From Lachnospiraceae bacterium (GTDB lineage Bacteria > Bacillota > Clostridia > Lachnospirales > Lachnospiraceae), in contig JBGVMW010000141.1 in assembly GCA_045125095.1 (NCBI GenBank), forward strand, positions 6,984 to 70,983: 64,000 nt of DNA, written 5' to 3'. The position numbers and the translations under genes were made by a program. Of this stretch, positions 8,394 to 15,261 are shown in pieces. Below the pieces are notes generated by a model. It saw only the letters and a program-made list of their open reading frames with translations. It did not search any database and was not told the DNA's origin. Each line of letters begins with the position of its first letter. The stretch's first letter is position 1.

Positions 8394-9548
8394 ATGGCAT
8401 ATCAGTTTACCGTACCGGGAAGAACATTTATAGGTGAAAATGCGTTGGTTCTGGCAGAAAATGCTGTTAAGAGTCTTGGAAAAAAGGCATTGATTGTTAC
8501 AGGAAAAATTGTAACTAAGACAGGAATTGTTGAAATTCTTATGGACTATTTAAAAAAATGGAACATTGACTATGAGATATTCAATGACATTACGGGGGAA
8601 CCTACTGATGTGATGATAGCCGAAGGAGTAAGTGCATATGAAGCATCAGGCTGTGATTTCTTAATAGGAATTGGTGGGGGGAGTCCATTGGATTCAGTCA
8701 AAGCCATTGCAGTTGTTGCCACATTAAAATGCAATATTGGAGACTTAATGGGAAAGGAGATTGAAGGTAAATTTCCACCCATGCTTTTAATTCCAACCAC
8801 AGCGGGAACCGGTTCTGAGACTACAAAATTCACGGTAATTACTGATACGAAAAAGAATATAAAAATGCTTCTAAAAGGAGAAAAGTTATTACCTGATGTA
8901 GCTATTATCGATCCGGCATTTGCCTTGACAGCTCCAAAGGGGATTACAGCAGCGACCGGAATGGATGCGCTGACCCATGCAGTAGAATCTTATACTTCGA
9001 GAAAATCCAATGAAATAACAGATATGTTTGCTTTATCTGCTATTAAAAGAATTTTCAAGTATCTTCCTGCCGCGTGGAAAGACGGCAGTGATAAAAAAGC
9101 AAGAGAAGAAATGGCGATGGCGGCATATGAAGCTGGTGTTTGTATCAACAATGCTTCTGTTACCCTGGTGCATGGGATGAGCCGACCAATCGGTGCGATG
9201 TTTCATGTGCCACATGGAATCTCCAATGCCATGTTAATTAAGGAATGTTTGACCTTTGCATTAGATGGTTGTTATGAAAAATTTGCAACTATTGCAAGAA
9301 CAATTGGTGCAGTTGGAGATGATGTGTCTGATGAAATTGCTGCGAAGGCATTTTTGAAAGCATTGGTAGCTTTGTGTAAGGAAATTGAGATACCAACTTT
9401 AGCCCAGTATGGCATTGAAAAGAAAGATTTTGTAGAGGTAATAGATAAAATGGCAACAGATGCCATTGCAAGTGGAAGCCCTGCTAACACCATAAAGGAT
9501 GTGACGAAGGAAGATGTTGTTGCGATCTATGAAAAACTCTGGGATTAG
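8394..9548 (+). CDS. Iron-containing (group III) alcohol dehydrogenase
   Basis: GGGSPLDSVKA and TTAGTGSETT nucleotide motifs, and metal-binding histidines in ALTHAVES...HGMSRPIG...HG. Confidence 0.9.
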   Translation: MAYQFTVPGRTFIGENALVLAENAVKSLGKKALIVTGKIVTKTGIVEILMDYLKKWNIDYEIFNDITGEPTDVMIAEGVSAYEASGCDFLIGIGGGSPLDSVKAIAVVATLKCNIGDLMGKEIEGKFPPMLLIPTTAGTGSETTKFTVITDTKKNIKMLLKGEKLLPDVAIIDPAFALTAPKGITAATGMDALTHAVESYTSRKSNEITDMFALSAIKRIFKYLPAAWKDGSDKKAREEMAMAAYEAGVCINNASVTLVHGMSRPIGAMFHVPHGISNAMLIKECLTFALDGCYEKFATIARTIGAVGDDVSDEIAAKAFLKALVALCKEIEIPTLAQYGIEKKDFVEVIDKMATDAIASGSPANTIKDVTKEDVVAIYEKLWD

Positions 9549-9829
9549 AAGCGAGATTTGAAATAAGACAATGGAGGTTCTGGGAAACTGGATACCTCCA
9601 TTTTTTTGCTTTTCTTTACTAGGTGGAATGGATGAAGAGTCACCGCGTTTTTTGGATGCAGTTCGGGTTGGAGATCCAGTACTATGCAGCATTTTCAAAT
9701 TATTGTCTTACGGCAAAACAGAAAAAAATCTATGGACAATTTGGAATTACGGAAAGCCATATCAACAAGGTTGCAGATAGAATGAATTTGAAAGTTTAGT
9801 TATACGAATGAGAAAAAGTTAAGAATTAC

Positions 9830-9869
9830 TTGACCTGTCGTAGTAATTATGATATTATTACTACGACAG
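9830..9869 (+). promoter_or_regulatory. Sigma-A-like promoter (TTGACC-17-TATTAT) overlapped by a perfect 13-bp inverted repeat; probable PadR operator
   Basis: CTGTCGTAGTAAT (9835-9847) pairs with ATTACTACGACAG (9857-9869). An extra half-site-like GTAGTACGACAG follows at 9872-9883. Confidence 0.6.
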
Positions 9870-9912
9870 AAGTAGTACGACAGTCGTATGGGATGATGAA
9901 TTAGAGTGGGAG

Positions 9913-10251
9913 GTGGTAATTTTGATAAGTAGTGACGTAATACGCGGCTATAATGATATTATTATTTTATACTTGCTTCTGCAAAAAGATTCATATGGCT
10001 ATGAAATCTCCAAGCAGATACGGACAATGTCGGATGAAAAATATATCATAAAGGAGACTACGTTGTATTCTGCATTTACCAGATTGGAGAAAGCCGGTTA
10101 TATCGAATCCTTTTATGGGGACGAGACAAATGGAAAGCGGAGAACCTACTACCGAATTACAACTGCCGGACGTTGCTTTTACGAAGAAAAATGTAAGGAA
10201 TGGCAGCTTGTGAAAGAGGTTGTGGATAAGTTCACCAAAACAACAGAGTAA
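9913..10251 (+). CDS. PadR-family transcriptional regulator
   Basis: Winged-helix signature LLLQKDSYGYEISKQI...LYSAFTRLEKAGYIES...GKRRTYYRITTAG. Confidence 0.88.
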   Translation: MVILISSDVIRGYNDIIILYLLLQKDSYGYEISKQIRTMSDEKYIIKETTLYSAFTRLEKAGYIESFYGDETNGKRRTYYRITTAGRCFYEEKCKEWQLVKEVVDKFTKTTE

Positions 10252-10286
10252 TGTGGAAAAGATACAGGAAAAGAAAGGATATGCAT

Positions 10287-11273
10287 ATGAATATAATATT
10301 GAATTACTTAGATAATATGTTTTTGAATCTTCCTAATACAAATGAAGTAAAACGTGCAAAACAAGAATTAGCTTCCATGATGGAAGATAAATATAATGAG
10401 TTGATTGCAGAGGGAAGAAAGGAAAATGAAGCGGTTGGTATTGTAATTTCTGAATTTGGCAATCTGGATGAGTTGGCAACAGAACTGGGGATAGAACAGG
10501 TGCTGTCTAATGAAAGTGGAAGTAAAGAAGCGGCTGGAAGACATGTTTCAAGAGAAGAGGCAGAGGAATATATAAGAATGTCTGCTATTTTTTCAAAGAG
10601 ACTGGCATTGGGTGTGTTGCTCTGTATTTTATCACCAACGTTACTGATTTTAGCAGGCGGTTTGCAGGAGTATGGGAACTATCTCACTGATGCAGGAGTC
10701 ATTTGTGTAGGACTGGTTCCGTTATTTGTTCTGATTGCCATTGCAGTTGGTATTTTTATTTACAATGGTATGAAAATGGAGAAATTTGAGTACCTGGAAA
10801 AAGAAACGTTTTATATTGATCATTCATTAGAAAAATGGCTCCATCAAATTGAGGAGGAAAACAGGCCTGCAACTGCAATGATGACTACAGTTGGAGTCGT
10901 ATTATGTATCTTATCTGTTGTTCCACTTATAGTAATAGGTGGTTTTATGGATGATGGCATCTTGCTTATATACGCCTTAATTGCAATGTTTGTTATTATA
11001 GGAATTGGAGTTGTGTTTATTATTTATGGTAATTATAAAATAAATTGTATAAAGGTACTTTGTCAGGAAGGGGATTACACAAAATCAAACAAGAAAGGTG
11101 CACAGATAATTGATAAAATAGGAAGTATTTACTGGACTGCGGTTACAGCCATTTATTTAGGATGGAGTCTGGTTACGATGGACTGGGGCTTCACATGGAT
11201 TGTCTGGCCGATTGCAGGTATTATTTTTGGCATTGTAGCAGCTATTTGTAACGTAGTGCAATCGGAAGAATAG
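10287..11273 (+). CDS. Membrane protein with a DUF1700-like N-terminal helical domain (PadR-associated)
   Basis: N-terminus YLDNMFLNLPNTNEVKRAKQELASMMEDKYNELIAEG...ISEFGNLDELA, followed by about 6 TM segments. It directly follows padR. The start could be 10281 or 10287. Confidence 0.7.
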   Translation: MNIILNYLDNMFLNLPNTNEVKRAKQELASMMEDKYNELIAEGRKENEAVGIVISEFGNLDELATELGIEQVLSNESGSKEAAGRHVSREEAEEYIRMSAIFSKRLALGVLLCILSPTLLILAGGLQEYGNYLTDAGVICVGLVPLFVLIAIAVGIFIYNGMKMEKFEYLEKETFYIDHSLEKWLHQIEEENRPATAMMTTVGVVLCILSVVPLIVIGGFMDDGILLIYALIAMFVIIGIGVVFIIYGNYKINCIKVLCQEGDYTKSNKKGAQIIDKIGSIYWTAVTAIYLGWSLVTMDWGFTWIVWPIAGIIFGIVAAICNVVQSEE

Positions 11274-11294
11274 GGTATTCGTTGATAAGTTGTT

Positions 11295-11945
11295 ATGGAG
11301 GAAATCATGAAAAATAAAATGTGGTTTAATGTGATTATGACAATAGTAGGTATTTTGTTTATCTTGTCCTTTGCAGTAACGGTTGTTCTGTATTTCCGAC
11401 CACTGTATTATCATGATATCAAAAGTCTTGATATAGAAAGCCACTCTGGATATAACGAAGAGGAAATTCGTGAAAATTATGATGTGTTAATTGATTATAA
11501 TACTTTTTTTGGCCCTGATAAATTAGAATTTCCAACGCTTCCAATGTCGGAGCCGGCGGAGATTCATTTTGAAGAGGTGAAGCATATTTTGTTATTTTTT
11601 CAGTATGGGCTGATGGTTTCATTACCACTACTGATAATAGGAATTATACTTTCCCGAAAATGGAATCTCTTTAGCTGGATGCGCTATGCAGATATGGCAC
11701 TGGCTACGCTGGTTGTGCTTGTAGTGGGATATATGGCAATTGATTGGGATGGATTTTTTGTATTTTTTCACAAGATGATGTTTCGCAATGATTACTGGTT
11801 CTTTGATTATGAGACAGACCCGATCATTTTGATGTTGCCGGATGAGTTTTTTATGCATTTTGGAATTATGTTGATTGCAATTGTGGTGGTGGAGATGTTA
11901 CTGTTCTGGATTGGAGGTAGTCTGCTTAGAAAGAAGTCTGCTTAG
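11295..11945 (+). CDS. TIGR01906/DUF1461-like integral membrane protein
   Basis: About 4 TM segments and the motif FFHKMMFRNDYWFFDYETDPIILMLPDEFF. Confidence 0.65.
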   Translation: MEEIMKNKMWFNVIMTIVGILFILSFAVTVVLYFRPLYYHDIKSLDIESHSGYNEEEIRENYDVLIDYNTFFGPDKLEFPTLPMSEPAEIHFEEVKHILLFFQYGLMVSLPLLIIGIILSRKWNLFSWMRYADMALATLVVLVVGYMAIDWDGFFVFFHKMMFRNDYWFFDYETDPIILMLPDEFFMHFGIMLIAIVVVEMLLFWIGGSLLRKKSA

Positions 11946-12070
11946 GAAAATGCGGGCTTCTTGATTGCCTATTTGGAGGGGGTGTGATATCGAAGCCTCC
12001 ATGTGATAATTCGTGGATAATTTTTTTTATGCATTGTCAAAAAATAGAATATTTCGTCAAGTAAAAAACC

Positions 12071-12099
12071 TTGACAAAATGGTGAAATGGGTATATGAT
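12071..12099 (+). promoter_or_regulatory. Sigma-A-like promoter for the tRNA (TTGACA-17-TATGAT)
   Basis: Consensus -35 at 12071-12076 and -10 at 12094-12099. Confidence 0.55.
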
Positions 12100-12152
12100 A
12101 CAAATGCATTGAAAAATGCATCGCATTAAAAAATGCATCTAATAATTGATAA

Positions 12153-12226
<74 letters not shown>

Positions 12227-12253
12227 CTATAACCAGTACAGATGATGTACTGG

Positions 12254-12327
12254 TTTTTTATATACTAGGAAATTACAACAGTTCGTTGCATGACGTAATG
12301 TATGAAATTTCCTAGTATATAAAAAAA
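12254..12327. repeat. Repeat R copy 1: ~70-bp palindromic element fused to a terminator T-tract
   Basis: TTTTTTATATACTAGGAAATT...AATTTCCTAGTATATAAAAA. The same architecture occurs at 14764, 46606 and 47963. A left-half remnant lies at 39581 and an ends-only copy at 53126. Confidence 0.85.
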
Positions 12328-12470
12328 TGAAGCGCACTCGCGCGAAATGTAGTGTGTCGCAAGCGACCGCACTCGGCGCGGCAAAGCGTGCAAGCACATA
12401 GGTAAGTTAAGTTCGCGAGAGTGTGCTTGCACGCTTTGTTTACATATATTGTTTACAGGGGGAAGTGTAT

Positions 12471-13196
12471 ATGACAAAAATTAAGCAGTTACAGGAAATG
12501 ATAGATGACAGCAAAAATATAGTATTTTTTGGTGGGGCAGGAGTATCAACAGAAAGCGGCATACCGGATTTTCGAAGTGTGGACGGTTTATATCACCAGA
12601 AATATGAATACCCACCGGAACAGATATTGAGTCATACCTTTTATATGCGGAAAAGAGAGGAATTTTACCGCTTTTATAAAGATAAAATGTTATGTCTGGA
12701 TGCAAAACCGAATGCTGCCCATTATAAGCTGGCAGAATTAGAGCAATCAGGTAAGCTGCTTTCAGTGGTGACACAGAATATAGATGGTCTCCATCAGGCG
12801 GCAGGTAGCAAGCGTGTCTGGGAGTTACATGGTTCCGTGCATCGCAATTATTGTAGAAGTTGTGGAAAAGAATATGATGCAGCCTATATGCTTCATGCAG
12901 AGGGAATTCCAACCTGTGAATGTGGTGGGGATATTAAGCCGGATGTGGTGTTGTATGAAGAAGGTCTTGATAACTATGTGATGACACACGCGATCAATGA
13001 TATTTCTCAGGCAGATATGCTCATTATTGGAGGAACTTCCCTTGTGGTGTATCCGGCAGCCGGTTTGATAGATTATTATCGGGGAAGAAAGCTTGTATTG
13101 ATTAATAAAGCAGCAACACAGGCAGAAGCAAGAGCAAGTCTGGTTATCAACGATAGCATTGGAAAAGTGCTGTCACAGATTGTAGTTCACAATTAG
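12471..13196 (+). CDS. cobB: NAD-dependent protein deacylase (Sir2 family)
   Basis: GAGVSTESGIPDFRS, QNIDGLH, and a Zn ribbon CRSCG...CECGG. Confidence 0.9.
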   Translation: MTKIKQLQEMIDDSKNIVFFGGAGVSTESGIPDFRSVDGLYHQKYEYPPEQILSHTFYMRKREEFYRFYKDKMLCLDAKPNAAHYKLAELEQSGKLLSVVTQNIDGLHQAAGSKRVWELHGSVHRNYCRSCGKEYDAAYMLHAEGIPTCECGGDIKPDVVLYEEGLDNYVMTHAINDISQADMLIIGGTSLVVYPAAGLIDYYRGRKLVLINKAATQAEARASLVINDSIGKVLSQIVVHN

Positions 13197-13208
13197 GAGG
13201 AAATAAAA

Positions 13209-13397
13209 ATGCCGTTAAATATACAGGTAGGAGATGTATTGACATTGAAAAAACAACATCCATGCGGAAGCAAAGAGTGGGAAGTGATGCGCGTGGGTGC
13301 AGACTTTCGTCTGAAATGCATGGGCTGTGGGCACCAGATTATGATTGCACGAAAGCTGGTCGAAAAGAATGTGAAGAATATAAAACCGGTGGAGTAA
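13209..13397 (+). CDS. DUF951-family small protein
   Basis: 62 aa with GDVLTLKKQHPCGS..WEV.R.GADFRLKC.GCGH. It sits in the typical position upstream of rpsF-ssb-rpsR. Confidence 0.8.
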   Translation: MPLNIQVGDVLTLKKQHPCGSKEWEVMRVGADFRLKCMGCGHQIMIARKLVEKNVKNIKPVE

Positions 13398-13543
13398 AAT
13401 CGAAAAGTATTAGCAAAGAAATATGAAAAAAAGCTTGAAAAAAAGCTATGATTATGATAAAGTATGTATTTGTGATATGTTATTAATTCCTTGTTTTCGG
13501 ACAAAGAGCCGAAAGCCAGAGACCAAAAGGAGGTACAAAAAGC

Positions 13544-13831
13544 ATGACTAAGTATGAATTAACACTTGTTGTGAATGCAAAAATCGAAGATGATGCACGT
13601 GCTGCAGTTGTAGAAAAAGCAAAAGAGTATGTTACTCGTGCAGGCGGCAACATCACAGAAGTAGAAGACTGGGGTAAGAAGAGATTAGCTTACGAAATCC
13701 AGAAGATGAAGGAAGGCTTCTACTATTTCATCAAGTTTGAAGCTGAGACTACAGCACCGGCTGAAATCGAATCTCAGGTTCGTATTATGGACAATGTACT
13801 TAGATACTTATGCGTTAAAGAAGAAGCATAA
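13544..13831 (+). CDS. rpsF: 30S ribosomal protein S6
   Basis: MTKYELTLVV...WGKKRLAYEIQK..EGFYYFIKFEA. Confidence 0.95.
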   Translation: MTKYELTLVVNAKIEDDARAAVVEKAKEYVTRAGGNITEVEDWGKKRLAYEIQKMKEGFYYFIKFEAETTAPAEIESQVRIMDNVLRYLCVKEEA

Positions 13832-13968
13832 GAATCTGGATGTAATTATGAAATTAAACGCAGGTTTCGTTCTCGCGTAGCAATTCATAGCAGCATCGAT
13901 AAGGTTACAGTTAATGTGTTTTAAACATCAGATAGATTGTAAATCTACGATGTAGAATCGAGGTTAAT

Positions 13969-14433
13969 ATGAATAAAGTAATTTTGATGGGACGTTTAAC
14001 GAGAGATCCGGAAGTGAGATATTCTCAGAATGATACCTCAATGGCTATTGCGAGATACAGTCTTGCAGTAGATCGCAGATTTTCCAGAAATAACAATAAT
14101 GGAGACCAGCAGACAGTTGATTTCATTAACTGTGTTGCATTTGGCCGTTCGGCTGAATTTGCTGAAAAGTATTTCCGTCAGGGAATGCGTGTGTTAATTA
14201 CCGGTCGTATTCAGACAGGTAGTTACACAAATAGAGATGGTCAGAAGGTTTATACAACTGACATTGTTGTTGAAGATCAGGAATTTGCAGATAGTAAAGG
14301 TGCTGCTTCTGGTGGCGGATTTGATGGCGGAAGTGGATACACACCGGCAGAAAGACCAGCTCCAAGCATGGCAGCAGGCGATGGATTTATGAACATTCCG
14401 GATGGTACAGATGATGAGTTACCATTCAGCTAA
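13969..14433 (+). CDS. ssb: Single-stranded DNA-binding protein
   Basis: MNKVILMGRLTRDPEVRY OB fold, a Gly-rich linker and an acidic tail DDELPFS. Confidence 0.93.
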   Translation: MNKVILMGRLTRDPEVRYSQNDTSMAIARYSLAVDRRFSRNNNNGDQQTVDFINCVAFGRSAEFAEKYFRQGMRVLITGRIQTGSYTNRDGQKVYTTDIVVEDQEFADSKGAASGGGFDGGSGYTPAERPAPSMAAGDGFMNIPDGTDDELPFS

Positions 14434-14457
14434 GATTTAATGAAGGAGGTCACAACA

Positions 14458-14718
14458 ATGGCTTTTACAAAGAGTGATAGAGCAGATTCTCCAATGAAGA
14501 GAAGAGGCGGACGCAGAAGAAAGAAAGTTTGTGTATTCTGTGGTAAAGATAACGTTATTGATTACAAGGACGTAAATAAATTAAAGAGATATGTATCTGA
14601 AAGAGGTAAAATTCTTCCTAGAAGAATCACAGGTAACTGTGCAAAGCATCAGAGAGCATTAACTGTTGCAGTTAAGAGAGCTCGTCATATCGCTTTAATG
14701 CCATATGTAGCAGAATAA
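14458..14718 (+). CDS. rpsR: 30S ribosomal protein S18
   Basis: [14 protein letters not shown]...IDYKD...[24 protein letters not shown]. Confidence 0.95.
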   Translation: MAFTKSDRADSPMKRRGGRRRKKVCVFCGKDNVIDYKDVNKLKRYVSERGKILPRRITGNCAKHQRALTVAVKRARHIALMPYVAE

Positions 14719-14763
14719 GATATGCATATAAAACCATCACATGGGATATGAGCCGTGTGGTGG

Positions 14764-14834
14764 TTTTTTATATACTGGGAAATTGTAACAGTTCGTTGTA
14801 TGATGTGATGTATGAAATTTCCTAGTATATAAAA
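14764..14834. repeat. Repeat R copy 2
   Basis: TTTTTTATATACTGGGAAATTGTAACAGTTCGTTGTATGATGTGATGTATGAAATTTCCTAGTATATAAAAG, directly after the rpsR terminator hairpin. Confidence 0.85.
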
Positions 14835-15002
14835 GTAAGCTAAATTCCCAAGTTGTGCTTCCACACTTTGTTCTGCATAAAATACAAAACATATGTTTGT
14901 GAAAAAAGTTTTTTGAATCGCATATCTTGTGCAAGTTTGTAAAGATAAATTCAAAAAAAGTCGTAATTTCCAGTTATTCATTTGTCAATAGCAAATTTAT
15001 AA

Positions 15003-15050
15003 ACCACAATATATTGTGTATGCATAACAATGTATAAAATAGATATTGTA
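15003..15050 (+). promoter_or_regulatory. Putative NrdR boxes upstream of nrdD
   Basis: Box 1 is CCACAATATATTGTGT (15003-15018), with a 14-bp perfect palindrome that fits the NrdR consensus acaCwAtATaTwgtgt. Degenerate box 2 is AAAATAGATATTGTAT (15035-15050), with centres 32 bp apart. A TTGACC-17-TACAAT promoter lies at 15059-15087. Confidence 0.55.
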
Positions 15051-15114
15051 TATTTTGTGTTGACCTGGCAAAGTTATTTTGATACAATCGTAATATGTCT
15101 CATACGGATAGCCA

Positions 15115-15174
15115 GAGTGTGTTTAAAAATTGTTTTCTACAGGATGGATGGTAGAAATCAATTTTTAAACACAC
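15115..15174 (+). other. ~25-bp near-perfect stem-loop in the nrdD leader
   Basis: AGTGTGTTTAAAAATTG (15115-15131) pairs with CAATTTTTAAACACACT (15158-15174). The inner stem is TTTCTAC/GTAGAAA. No U-tract follows. Confidence 0.7.
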
Positions 15175-15261
15175 TTTAATGTAATGGCAGAGAAAAGCTG
15201 TTGCATAGATGGACGTATGTAATTTAATAGATAAGGCATAAATGGGGAAGGTGGCATTGTT

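Noticed and set aside
9571-9780. 69-aa ORF after the Fe-ADH gene
   Set aside because: It starts inside the terminator hairpin (ATGGAGGT...ACCTCCAT), has no RBS, and has low-complexity content.
9656-9799. 47-codon ORF ending ...LTAKQKKIYGQFGITESHINKVADRMNLKV, reminiscent of a sigma-70 region-4 / HTH C-terminus
   Set aside because: It has no RBS and is too short for the full domain. It may be a remnant of a degraded regulator gene, but I cannot support it from sequence alone.
13832-13968. Possible structured RNA in the rpsF-ssb spacer, and the S6:S18-binding leader upstream of rpsF (13440-13543)
   Set aside because: Small hairpins are present (for example TTCGG...CCGAA at ~13495-13515). I cannot verify the known rpsF-leader consensus by eye.
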